This document shows positions 41,691 to 51,090 of a DNA stretch of 64,000 nt, in pieces (position 1 is the first letter of the stretch; each line of letters starts with the position of its first letter). The position numbers and the translations under genes were made by a program. The stretch is from the NCBI GenBank assembly GCA_903861645.1, contig CAIOVE010000065.1, positions 138 through 64,137 on the forward strand. Direction: 5' to 3'. The notes beneath the pieces were generated by a model. That model was given only the letters and a program-made list of their open reading frames with translations. It did not search any database and was not told where the DNA came from. This DNA comes from an uncultured Hyphomicrobiales bacterium. Lineage in GTDB: Bacteria; Pseudomonadota; Alphaproteobacteria; Rhizobiales; Beijerinckiaceae.

Positions 41691-43382
41691 TCAATGCTGG
41701 TCGAACACCGTCTGATAGGCGGCGACCGCCGCCTTGATCGCATCGAGCTCCGCCGAGGTCGGCCGGTCGGGATCGCGCGCCGCCGGCAGGCTGCCGAACT
41801 TCAGCAGACACGCCATGAGCAGGAAGCGCGCCTTGGTCGCGGTGAGATCGGTCGCCGCGATCTGGAACTCGTGCGGATCGGCGAAACCCTCGGTCGCGTT
41901 GCGCCCCACCTTGGCGACGGGAATGCCGCTGAAGCAGGCTTTGAGCAACAGTTTGTGGCGAGCCGTCGATGGCGTCGAGCCATAGGGCACGAGGCCCTCG
42001 TTGACGAACCCTGTCAACATGCCGAGCTTCAGCTTGTGCTCGATCGACGCGATGAGATCGTGCTCGAGCGCGGGATCGTCGCCGAATTCCAGCGTCGAAT
42101 AACTGCCATCCTTGACGATGGAAACGAAGGGAATGGCGCCCGGCAGCAACTTGCCGGCGGCGTCCTTCACCGTCACCGGCACATGCTCGATGCCGTTCGC
42201 GCCTTGCTTGACCGCCTTGACCACCGAGGGAAGCTGAGTAATGCGCACGTCCGACTTATACGTGTGCTTGAAGACCGGCAGATAGGTCAGCGCCAGCCGT
42301 CCGGTGTGGCTGACGTTGCCGATGATGCCGCCATGGCCGCCGGTGGCGCGGTAGCCGCCGGGTCGCGCGTCGACCTTGGCGACCTCGCGCGACGCGAATA
42401 TCTGCTGTTCCTGAATGACCACGACGCCGCATTTGTCGCGACCCTGTTCGTCGGCCCAGATGCGGGAATCTATATAGGCCGCGCTGTCGACGATGTTCTT
42501 GGGGCCGTCGTTGCTGATCTGGCCCTGCGGACGCTGCGCCGCGTTGCCGCAGATCGGCCGTGTCGTGTCGATGAGCAGGTTGAACCAGTAGGCGGTTTCC
42601 TCGACCTGCGGACTGCCCTGCGTCCAGATGACGCCGTCGTAATCGCCGCTCGTCGTCAGCGCCTGCATGTCGTTGGTGACCTTGGCGAGCATGGGCCGCG
42701 GCGGCGCGTTCGCCATGTGATAGGGCTTGTAGCCGAAGTAATTGTGGCCGCGCAGTTCGGGCGGAATGTCGCCCTCGCCCTTGTCCTTGCGCAGCCTGGC
42801 GGGCAGGCCCTTGGTGAAGCCGCCGGGAGGCGCGCCGCGATAAAAGTCCACGTCGGCGATGGCGGAAATCTGGTTGGCGACGCCCTCGACGCCGATGGCG
42901 AAACGATCGATTTCCTCGAAGCTGCGCGAGCCGTCGGGAAAGAATCCCTGCCGCGCCTTGGCGCTGCCGGGAGCCGCGCATTCTTCTTCCCATGGCGCGC
43001 CGTCCGCCTGCATGGCCATGTAGGGCAGGGGATAGAGCCCGTCCTCTGGACGCAACTCGATTTCGTAAACGGGCTTGTCCGCCTCGCTCGTCTTCTCCTT
43101 CTTGAAGACGCCGTCGGGGCCGATGTAGCCATCCGGCGGGCCATAGAGTTCGGCGGCGTCCGACTCAAGCGGATGCGCGGAGAATTGCTCGACATAGACC
43201 TTCGCCGGCGCGGCGAGCCGCTGCAGGCGCAGCGCGTCATAGGCCATCGGCGATCCGTCGGGATTAAGCCGGGGCGGCAGGCCATGTTTCGCGCGCGCCT
43301 TGTTGGAGGTCACCAGCGGCGGCGTGTTCTGGATCGTCGCGGTCGGACCAGCGAGATGGGCGATCCGTGTTTTCCTTGCCAT
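41691..43382 (-). CDS. Divergent asparaginase/glutaminase-fold amidohydrolase
   Basis: PTATIQ, TQGSPQVEETAYWF, AAQRP...NDGPKNI, SREVAK align to type I/II asparaginase motifs. Confidence 0.75.
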   Translation of the reverse strand: MARKTRIAHLAGPTATIQNTPPLVTSNKARAKHGLPPRLNPDGSPMAYDALRLQRLAAPAKVYVEQFSAHPLESDAAELYGPPDGYIGPDGVFKKEKTSEADKPVYEIELRPEDGLYPLPYMAMQADGAPWEEECAAPGSAKARQGFFPDGSRSFEEIDRFAIGVEGVANQISAIADVDFYRGAPPGGFTKGLPARLRKDKGEGDIPPELRGHNYFGYKPYHMANAPPRPMLAKVTNDMQALTTSGDYDGVIWTQGSPQVEETAYWFNLLIDTTRPICGNAAQRPQGQISNDGPKNIVDSAAYIDSRIWADEQGRDKCGVVVIQEQQIFASREVAKVDARPGGYRATGGHGGIIGNVSHTGRLALTYLPVFKHTYKSDVRITQLPSVVKAVKQGANGIEHVPVTVKDAAGKLLPGAIPFVSIVKDGSYSTLEFGDDPALEHDLIASIEHKLKLGMLTGFVNEGLVPYGSTPSTARHKLLLKACFSGIPVAKVGRNATEGFADPHEFQIAATDLTATKARFLLMACLLKFGSLPAARDPDRPTSAELDAIKAAVAAYQTVFDQH

Positions 43383-43416
43383 GTCTTGCAACTCCGTTTT
43401 GACGTGATCCGGTATG

Positions 43417-44376
43417 TCAGGCGGCGGTCGCCCGCGTGGGATGAACCATGGACTTTTCGATCATCGCATGCACGCCCTTCGAACCATTGACGGTTTGCGT
43501 GACGCGCAGATCGGCGGCGAGGCTGCACAGCATGTAGGCGTCCTCCGGCGAGAGATTGGCCTTCTCGCCCAGCAAGGCGATCATGTCGCGCAGGGCCGCG
43601 ACCGCGCACTGATCGAGATCGGGGTCCATGCCCATGGTGATGTAATGCGTCGGCGTCTCCGCGCGCGGATACGTGAAGTTCAGATCGTCGCGCACGACGA
43701 AGGTGAATTTGCCGCGCAGCGCCGTCTCGATGGCGGTGCCGTCGACCTCGCCGTCGCCCTGACAGCCATGCCCGTCGCCGCAGGAGAACAGCGCGCCCTC
43801 GACGAAAACGGGCAGATACAGCGTCGCGCCGGCCATCAACTCCTTGTTGTCGAGGTTGCCGCCATGGGCGCGCGGAATGATCGAGGTGATCTTGCCCCAG
43901 CCTTTCGGTGGCGCGACGCCCATGACGCCGAAGAAGGGTTTCAACGGCAATTCGAGACCCCAGGGCATCACGCCGACCATGCGCTTCTCGTCGAGCGGAA
44001 TGACGGTCGCGCGCGGTTCATCGACCGCGTGGGGCAGCGTGCCGCCAAGCGGGCGAATGGAGTTCACGCCCCAGTCCTGAAGCAACGACACCTCGTCGAT
44101 GCGAACCTCCAGCACCATGCCGGGTTTCGCGCCCGCGATATGCACGGGGCCGGTGAGAATATGCGGGCCTGGACCTTGCTGCGCGTGTTTGTGAATGAGC
44201 GTGAGCGCCTCGGGAATGTGAAACTTGTCCGCCGGCGGCAGAAAGGCTGGATTGCCCGACATGGTGTCAATGGTGACGCTGTCGCCACTTTGAACATGCA
44301 GCACCGGCTTGGCGACGGGATCAAAAAATCCCCACTGGCAGGTCGCCGGACCCGCGCTCACCTCGTAATGCGCCAT
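43417..44376 (-). CDS. Acetamidase/formamidase family protein
   Basis: HILTGPV, PFFGVMG, HGGNLDN, GDGHGCQGDGEV; RBS AGGAGG. Confidence 0.92.
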   Translation of the reverse strand: MAHYEVSAGPATCQWGFFDPVAKPVLHVQSGDSVTIDTMSGNPAFLPPADKFHIPEALTLIHKHAQQGPGPHILTGPVHIAGAKPGMVLEVRIDEVSLLQDWGVNSIRPLGGTLPHAVDEPRATVIPLDEKRMVGVMPWGLELPLKPFFGVMGVAPPKGWGKITSIIPRAHGGNLDNKELMAGATLYLPVFVEGALFSCGDGHGCQGDGEVDGTAIETALRGKFTFVVRDDLNFTYPRAETPTHYITMGMDPDLDQCAVAALRDMIALLGEKANLSPEDAYMLCSLAADLRVTQTVNGSKGVHAMIEKSMVHPTRATAA

Positions 44377-44453
44377 GCCATTCCTCCTGAACGCGAACCC
44401 ATGGAACGTCGGATTTTTTGACGCGCGCGTCGCGACATCGCGCGTCGTCCATC

Positions 44454-44469
44454 TGGCGCCAGCCTTGCA
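44454..44469 (+). promoter_or_regulatory. sigma54 promoter candidate for the ABC transporter operon
   Basis: TGGCGCC-AGCC-TTGCA, exact GG-N10-GC. Confidence 0.65.
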
Positions 44470-44481
44470 ATAACTTTGCCA
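44466..44481 (-). promoter_or_regulatory. sigma54 promoter candidate for the amidase/asparaginase-like arm
   Basis: Minus strand TGGCAAA-GTTA-TTGCA, exact GG-N10-GC. Confidence 0.6.
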
Positions 44482-44534
44482 TAGCTGTTCCCGCGTGGCC
44501 ATCGCATCAGGCGATCGCGCGCATGGAGGATGCC

Positions 44535-46124
44535 ATGCTTCGACTTCCCGCATTCAGATCATTTCGTCTCGCGCTCGCCGCGCTGACGGTCGCGTCGGCG
44601 CCGCTGGCGGCGCGCGCCGAAACAACCCTTCGCGTCGCGATGACCGCCGCGGACATTCCCGACTGGCGCGGTCAGCCCGATCAGGGATTCGAGGGCAACC
44701 GCTTTGTTGGCTTCACGCTCTATGATTCCCTCATCCTCTGGGATCTGTCGAGCAGCGACAAGGAAGTCGGCCTCAAGCCGGGGCTGGCGACGAAGTGGGC
44801 CATCGACCCCAACGACAACAAGCGCTGGATTTTCGATCTGCGCGAAGGCGTGAAATTCCACGACGGATGCGACTGGAACGCCGACAACGCCGTGTGGAAT
44901 TTCGAGCGACTTATCTCCGATAAAAATCCGGCCTTCACGCCATATAACTTCGGACGCGCGCGGTCTCGGACAAATAACATCGATCACATGGAGAAAATAA
45001 GCGACTACCAGATCGCCTTCCACACCAAGGTTCCGGAGTCACTGTTCTTTTTCAACATGCCATATCTGTTCATGCTGTCGAAATGCGCCGTCGAGAAGGC
45101 CGGCAACAATCTCGACGAGTTCGCCAAGCATCCCGCCGGCTCGGGCCCCTACAAATTCGCCAGCGTCGTGCCGCACGAACGGCTCGAATTGGTGAAAAAC
45201 ACCGATTACTGGGACAAGGATCGCGTCCCCAAGCATGATCGCCTTGTCCTGTTGCCAATGCCCGAGGCGACCACGCGCGTCGCGGCGCTGCTTTCCGGGC
45301 AGGTTGACTTCGTCGAGGCGCCGCCGCCCGACGCGGTGCCCGCGCTCAAGGCCGCCAATATGCGGATCGTGACCAATTCCTATCCGCATATATGGCCCTA
45401 TCTTCTGAATGTCGCGCGTGGCCCCTTCAAGGACGTGAAGGTGCGGCAGGCGGCGAACTGGGCGATGAACCGGCCGGAAATGGTCGACTTGCTCTCCGGC
45501 CTCGCGGCGCCGAGCGGTGGCGTCTTCGTCACGCAGCAGAAATATTATGGCCACCCGATGGAGTACGGCTACGACCCGAAGAAGGCGACCGCCCTGCTGA
45601 AGGAAGCCGGCTGCTATCCGTGTGAAATCAACATCGGCATTTCCACTTCCGGCTCCGGCCAGATGCAGCCGCTGCCGATGAACGAACTCGTCAAGGAGCA
45701 ACTGGAAGCGGTCGGCTTCAAGGTGAAGTTTGATACGCTGGACTGGAATTCGCTGCTCGATGTTTTCTTCAAGGGACAGGAAAAGTTCCCCTATGACGGC
45801 ATCAATTTCAGCAGCGGCGCCTCCGATGCGCTCAACTTCGTCAAGAGCCAGATGAGCAAATACAACGCGCCGCTGGGCGGCAACTGGGGTTGGTATTTCA
45901 ATCCCGAGGTCGATGCGCTCGGCGAGAAGGTGCTGGCGAGCTTCGATCCGGCCGAATGGGAGCCGATGGTCGTCAAGATGCACGAGATCATCGTTCGCGA
46001 TGCCCGCAATCTGTTCATCGTGACCGATCTGAACCCACGCGCCCTGTCGCCGCGCGTCAAGGGCTTCGTGCAGGCGCAGAGCTGGATTCAGGACATGACC
46101 CCGATTTCCATCGATCCGAAATAG
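44535..46124 (+). CDS. ABC transporter solute-binding protein, peptide/nickel family 5
   Basis: Signal peptide, LREGVKFHDG, GSGPYK, VRQAANWA; RBS GGAGG. Confidence 0.93.
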   Translation: MLRLPAFRSFRLALAALTVASAPLAARAETTLRVAMTAADIPDWRGQPDQGFEGNRFVGFTLYDSLILWDLSSSDKEVGLKPGLATKWAIDPNDNKRWIFDLREGVKFHDGCDWNADNAVWNFERLISDKNPAFTPYNFGRARSRTNNIDHMEKISDYQIAFHTKVPESLFFFNMPYLFMLSKCAVEKAGNNLDEFAKHPAGSGPYKFASVVPHERLELVKNTDYWDKDRVPKHDRLVLLPMPEATTRVAALLSGQVDFVEAPPPDAVPALKAANMRIVTNSYPHIWPYLLNVARGPFKDVKVRQAANWAMNRPEMVDLLSGLAAPSGGVFVTQQKYYGHPMEYGYDPKKATALLKEAGCYPCEINIGISTSGSGQMQPLPMNELVKEQLEAVGFKVKFDTLDWNSLLDVFFKGQEKFPYDGINFSSGASDALNFVKSQMSKYNAPLGGNWGWYFNPEVDALGEKVLASFDPAEWEPMVVKMHEIIVRDARNLFIVTDLNPRALSPRVKGFVQAQSWIQDMTPISIDPK

Positions 46125-46229
46125 GCTTGCCTTTCCGGGGCGCGATATATCGCGCTCCGGCCTTCCTTGGCGCCGGTATTGCATTTTCGTTTCGGCGGGC
46201 TCGTTTCGCGCCCGCGCATGGAGAGGCCC

Positions 46230-47186
46230 ATGTGGCGATACGCCGCGCGACGCATTCTCATGACGATCCCCATCGCGCTCGGGGTCAGCGCGATCTGCTA
46301 CGCGCTCATCCTGCTCGCGCCCGGCGACCCCATCCAGTCGATGCTGCCGCCCGACGCGACACCAGAGGAAGTCGCCTATCTCAAGAAGGCCTATGGCTTC
46401 GACAAGCCCGTGCCGGTGCAATATTTCCTTTGGCTGATGCGCGCGCTGTCGGGCGATCTCGGCGCCTCGATCCAGACCCATCGTCCCGTCGCGCTCGAGG
46501 TGATGACGGCGTTGTCGAACACCTTTATCATCGCGGTCGGCGCGGTGCTGCTCGCGTTCACCCTTGCTTTCGTCATGGGCACCATCGCCGCCTATCACGT
46601 GGGCAAGCCGACGGATCGCGCGCTGACGGGCGTCGCGGTCATGGGCGTCAGCATTCCGAACTATTGGCTGGGCATTGTCTTCATCATCATCTTCGCGGTG
46701 AAGCTCGGCGTGCTGCCCGCCACGGGCATGGGCTCGCAAGGTTCGGCGAACTTCAACATCTTCGACTGGGCGCAATTGAAATACGCGGTCCTGCCGATCC
46801 TCACCATGGCGATGACGCCGCTCGGCATCATCATGCGCAGCACGCGCGCGGCTGTCGCCGACGTGCTCAACCAGGATTTCATCCAGATGCTGCGCGCCAA
46901 GGGGTTGCGACCCTTCGCCGTGTTGCGGCACGCGGTGCGCAACGCCCTGCCGCAGGTGTTGACGGTCATGGGCCTGCAACTTGGCTATCTCGTGGGCGGA
47001 TCGATCCTCATCGAAACCATCTTCGCCTGGCCGGGCACCGGCTTTCTGATGAGCAAGGCCATCCTCACGCGCGACGTGCCGCTGCTGCAAGGGGCTATCC
47101 TCGTGCTCGCCATGGCCTTCGTCACCATCAATCTGGCCGTAGATCTTTTGCAGGCGGCGATCGACCCGCGCATCAAGCGCGCCTAG
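46230..47186 (+). CDS. ABC permease, DppB-like
   Basis: APGDP, YGFDKP, FIQMLRAKGL...HAVRNAL, ETIFAWPG. Confidence 0.93.
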   Translation: MWRYAARRILMTIPIALGVSAICYALILLAPGDPIQSMLPPDATPEEVAYLKKAYGFDKPVPVQYFLWLMRALSGDLGASIQTHRPVALEVMTALSNTFIIAVGAVLLAFTLAFVMGTIAAYHVGKPTDRALTGVAVMGVSIPNYWLGIVFIIIFAVKLGVLPATGMGSQGSANFNIFDWAQLKYAVLPILTMAMTPLGIIMRSTRAAVADVLNQDFIQMLRAKGLRPFAVLRHAVRNALPQVLTVMGLQLGYLVGGSILIETIFAWPGTGFLMSKAILTRDVPLLQGAILVLAMAFVTINLAVDLLQAAIDPRIKRA

Positions 47187-47199
47187 GCGGAACGACAAC

Positions 47200-48099
47200 A
47201 TGAGCGACGTGAATGCCGCCACGCTAGCCGATTTCGCCGCGAGCGAGGCGTCGCCGCCGGTGCGCGGCTACTGGGCAAGCGTCGGGCATCGGCTGCGATA
47301 TGATTACGCGACGCTGTTCTTTCTCTCGGTGATCATCGTCGTGGCCCTTCTGGCCATCTGCGCGCCATGGCTCGCGCCTTTCGATCCCACCAAGACGGCG
47401 ATGGCCTATCGGCTGAAACCCGTCGGCTTCAAGAACTTCATGCTTGGCACGGACGATCTTGGTCGCGACATGCTGTCCCGTCTTTTGTGGGGCGGGCGCA
47501 CCTCCCTGATCATGGGCATGGTTCCCGTGGGCGTCGCCACGGTGATCGGCGGCTTTCTGGGGGTTCTCGCCGGATTCGTCGGCGGCAGGGTCAACACGCT
47601 GATCATGCGCGCGATGGACATATTCTACGCGTTTCCCTCCGTGCTGCTGGCGGTCGCGATTTCCGGCACGCTTGGCGGCGGCATCAAGAACGGCATGCTC
47701 GCGCTGACGATCGTGTTCATTCCGCCGCTCTGCCGCGTCGCTGAATCCGCCACCACGCTCGTGCGCGGACTGGACTTCGTCGAGGCGGCGCGCGCCAGCG
47801 GCGCGACGACCCTGTCGATCATCTTGCACCACGTCCTCGGCAACGTGCTCAGCCCCATCCTCATCTTCGCGTCGAGCCTGATCTCGGTGTCGATTTTGCT
47901 CGGTTCCGGTCTGTCCTTCCTCGGCCTTGGCGTCGAGCCGCCGACGCCCGACTGGGGCCTGATGCTGTCGGCCCTGCGATCGGGAATTTATATTCAGCCA
48001 CTCGTCTGCGCCCTGCCGGGCGTCGCGATTTTCATCACATCGCTTTCGTTCAATCTCGTCAGCGACGGGTTGCGACAGGCGATGGATGTCAAGGCCTAG
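47200..48099 (+). CDS. ABC permease, DppC-like
   Basis: LGTDDLGRD, FVEAARASGA, LSFLGLG...PDWG. Confidence 0.93.
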   Translation: MSDVNAATLADFAASEASPPVRGYWASVGHRLRYDYATLFFLSVIIVVALLAICAPWLAPFDPTKTAMAYRLKPVGFKNFMLGTDDLGRDMLSRLLWGGRTSLIMGMVPVGVATVIGGFLGVLAGFVGGRVNTLIMRAMDIFYAFPSVLLAVAISGTLGGGIKNGMLALTIVFIPPLCRVAESATTLVRGLDFVEAARASGATTLSIILHHVLGNVLSPILIFASSLISVSILLGSGLSFLGLGVEPPTPDWGLMLSALRSGIYIQPLVCALPGVAIFITSLSFNLVSDGLRQAMDVKA

Positions 48100-48108
48100 G
48101 GAGCGCGC

Positions 48109-49191
48109 ATGCGCCTGATCACCGAACGACCGGATACCAGACCGACGCCCGCGGCGAGCCGCGACCGCGGCGGGCCGCAGCAACCTATCCTGATCGTCAA
48201 TGGCCTGCGCAAGTATTTCCCGATCAAGGGCGGCCTGCTGCAACGCAAGGTCGCCGAGGTGAAGGCGGTCGACGGCGTCGACTTTTCGGTGATGAAGGGG
48301 GAGACGCTCGGCATTGTCGGCGAATCCGGTTGCGGCAAGTCCACCCTCGCCCGCCTGTTGATGCATCTGATCCCGAAGGACGAGGGCGAGTTGATCTTCG
48401 ACGGCGATCCCGTCGACGACATCCGCGGCCTGTCGCTACGCGACCTTCGGCGCGATCTGCAAATGGTCTTTCAGGACAGTTATTCGTCGCTCAATCCACG
48501 GTTGCCGATTCAGGACTCCATCGCCTATGGCCCGCGCGTGCATGGCGTCGGCAAGGCCGAGGCGGCCGCGCTCGCCGCCGACCTGCTCAACAAGGTGGGG
48601 TTGCGGCCCTCCATGTTCGGTGCGCGCTATCCGCATGAACTGTCGGGCGGCCAGCGCCAGCGCGTCAACATCGCGCGCGCGCTGGCGCTCGATCCGCGCA
48701 TGCTGATCCTCGACGAGGCCGTGTCGGCGCTGGACAAGTCCGTCGAGGCGCAGGTGCTCAATCTGCTGTCGCGGCTCAAGCGCGAACTCAATCTGACGTA
48801 TCTGTTCATTTCGCACGATCTCAGCGTGGTTCAGTACGTGTCGGATCGCGTGCTGGTGATGTATCTCGGTCAGGTCGTTGAAATCGGTCCCGTCGACGCG
48901 ATCTATGCCGCGCCGCGGCATCCCTACACCCGCGCCCTGCTGGATTCCCGCCTTTCGATGAATCCGCTGGAGCGCATGAGTGAGCCGCCGCTGTCGGGCG
49001 ATCCGCCCAATCCAGTCAATCCGCCGAGCGGTTGTCGCTTCCGCACGCGCTGCGCCTTCGCGGAATCCGTGTGCGCCGAGCGGCAGCCCCGTCTCGCCGC
49101 CGCCGATGGCGGCGCGCATCTGGTCGCCTGCCACATGGCCGACGCCGAATCCGGCCATGGCCGCGCGGGCCTTTCCGCGCCGCTGCATTGA
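48109..49191 (+). CDS. ABC ATP-binding protein, DppF-like
   Basis: GESGCGKST, ELSGGQRQR, LDEAVSALD, C-terminal CRFRTRC. Confidence 0.93.
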   Translation: MRLITERPDTRPTPAASRDRGGPQQPILIVNGLRKYFPIKGGLLQRKVAEVKAVDGVDFSVMKGETLGIVGESGCGKSTLARLLMHLIPKDEGELIFDGDPVDDIRGLSLRDLRRDLQMVFQDSYSSLNPRLPIQDSIAYGPRVHGVGKAEAAALAADLLNKVGLRPSMFGARYPHELSGGQRQRVNIARALALDPRMLILDEAVSALDKSVEAQVLNLLSRLKRELNLTYLFISHDLSVVQYVSDRVLVMYLGQVVEIGPVDAIYAAPRHPYTRALLDSRLSMNPLERMSEPPLSGDPPNPVNPPSGCRFRTRCAFAESVCAERQPRLAAADGGAHLVACHMADAESGHGRAGLSAPLH

Positions 49192-50237
49192 TGGAGACGG
49201 ACATGCCGCTCGACGCGCTCGCCGACGCCACGCCCGCGGGCGTACAGATCGCAAGGCCTCTCGTCGAGGTGCGCGACCTCAACGTGCGCTTTGTCAGTCG
49301 CGACTCCCGCACCAACGCGGTCAATGGCGTTTCCTTCAGCCTGCAAGCGGGCGAGGTCCTCTGCATCATCGGCGAGTCAGGCTCGGGCAAGTCCGTGACC
49401 ATGCGCGCGCTGATGAAAATGCTGCCAGAAGGCAAGACCCGTATCGAGGGTTATCTGCGCGTCGGCGAACATCTCATCGCCGACATGACGGACCGGCAGA
49501 TGCGCGCCATTCGCGGCGCCGAGGTGTCGATGATCTTTCAGGAGCCGATGACGGCGCTCGACCCGGTCTGCACCATCGGCCAGCAGATCGCCGAAACCAT
49601 CATGCGGCACGAGGGCTGTTCGCGAAAGGTCGCCGACGCGCGCGCGCTCGAATTGTTGCAAGTGGTGCGCATTCCCTCGCCCGAGCGACGGCTGAAGGCC
49701 TATCCGCATGAATTGTCGGGCGGCCTGCGCCAACGCTCCATGATCGCCATCGCGCTGTCGTGCCGGCCGCGCCTGCTGTTGGCGGACGAGCCCACCACCG
49801 CGCTCGACGCCACCGTGCAGGCGCAGGTGCTGGTTCTCATGCGCAAGCTGCAACGGGAACTGGGCATGGCGATGATTTTCGTCACCCATGACCTCGGCGT
49901 CGCCGCGCAGATCGCCGACAAGGTGGCGGTCATGTACGCTGGTCGCATGGTTGAATACGGCCCCGTCGCCGAGGTGCTCAATTCGCCGCGTCATCCCTAC
50001 ACGCGCGCCATGCTCGCCTCCAACGTGCATGGCCACGCGCGTGGCGAGGATCTCGACACGATCCCCGGTTCGCCGCCGGACATGCGGCGGCCCATTCGCG
50101 GTTGCGCCTTCGCGCCGCGCTGCAAGGTCGCCCGGACATCTTGCGCGATCGAACCGCCGCCCGTCGTCCATCTCGGGCCCGACCGCTACTTCGCCTGCAT
50201 CGCCAACGACGCTTCCGCCGAAGCCGCAGCCACCTGA
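49191..50237 (+). CDS. ABC ATP-binding protein, DppD-like
   Basis: GESGSGKS, ELSGGLRQR, DEPTTALD; ATG overlaps the previous TGA. Confidence 0.93.
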   Translation: METDMPLDALADATPAGVQIARPLVEVRDLNVRFVSRDSRTNAVNGVSFSLQAGEVLCIIGESGSGKSVTMRALMKMLPEGKTRIEGYLRVGEHLIADMTDRQMRAIRGAEVSMIFQEPMTALDPVCTIGQQIAETIMRHEGCSRKVADARALELLQVVRIPSPERRLKAYPHELSGGLRQRSMIAIALSCRPRLLLADEPTTALDATVQAQVLVLMRKLQRELGMAMIFVTHDLGVAAQIADKVAVMYAGRMVEYGPVAEVLNSPRHPYTRAMLASNVHGHARGEDLDTIPGSPPDMRRPIRGCAFAPRCKVARTSCAIEPPPVVHLGPDRYFACIANDASAEAAAT

Positions 50238-50265
50238 GTTCAACCGCGCAGCAAGGGATATCGCC

Positions 50266-50976
50266 ATGCATGATTTCACAATGCCGCAATGGGCCATCGA
50301 TCGCGTTCTCGCCCGCCGTCCCCGTCGTTACGTCCACGACGACTTGGACCCGCGCAAGACCGCGCTCGTGGTGGTCGATCTGCAAAACGGGTTCATGGAC
50401 CCGGCCCACACGGCCTATCCGATCAAGACCGCCGTTGGCACCGTGCCGGCCGTCAATCGTCTCGCGGCCACCGTGCGCAAGACCGGCGGCAAGGTCGTCT
50501 GGATCAAGAACACGATCGACGAGAGCAATCTTGAAACCTGGTCGCACTGGTTCGCGATGGGCAAGCCCGAATTGAAGAACCAGCGCATCGAAGCCTTCCA
50601 GGATGGCGCGCCGGGCCACGCGATTTATCCAACCCTCGAGGTCAGGCCCGAGGACGACATCGTCAAGAAGTTCCGCTTCAGCGCCTTCCTGCCTGAATCA
50701 TCCAACCTCGCCGAAATGCTGCGCGCCGCCGGCATCGAAACCGTGCTGATCGTCGGCACCGTCACCAACGTGTGCTGCGAGTCCTCCGCCCGCGACGCGA
50801 TGATGATGAACTTCAAGACGATCATGGTCAGCGATGGCAATTCGGCGTCGAGCGATCACGAGCATACGGCGACGCTCGCGTCGTTTCAGGCGATATTCGG
50901 CGACGTCATGGATACCGACACGGTGTGCGGTTTCCTCGAGGCCAATTGCGCGACCACGGCGATGGCGGCGGAGTAG
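50266..50976 (+). CDS. Isochorismatase-family cysteine hydrolase
   Basis: VVDLQNGF, KFRFSAF, GTVTNVCCESSARDA (Asp-Lys-Cys triad). Confidence 0.92.
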   Translation: MHDFTMPQWAIDRVLARRPRRYVHDDLDPRKTALVVVDLQNGFMDPAHTAYPIKTAVGTVPAVNRLAATVRKTGGKVVWIKNTIDESNLETWSHWFAMGKPELKNQRIEAFQDGAPGHAIYPTLEVRPEDDIVKKFRFSAFLPESSNLAEMLRAAGIETVLIVGTVTNVCCESSARDAMMMNFKTIMVSDGNSASSDHEHTATLASFQAIFGDVMDTDTVCGFLEANCATTAMAAE

Positions 50977-51090
50977 CCGGACGTCGCCGCCCGCGGCGGC
51001 CGGGCGCATTGACTTGCATGGCCGCGCCCATCATTTTCCTCGCCAATTCGGGCGCGTCCACGGCGCGCCCGACGCGCCGCGGAGGAAACC

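Noticed and set aside
44385-44450. GACGCGCG palindromes in the amidase leader as a guanidine-II riboswitch
   Set aside because: No tandem hairpins with ACGR loops; CG-rich palindromes are common in this DNA
51002-51018. sigma54-like GGGCGCATTGACTTGCA upstream of the TauD-family gene
   Set aside because: GG to GC spacing is 11, not the required 10
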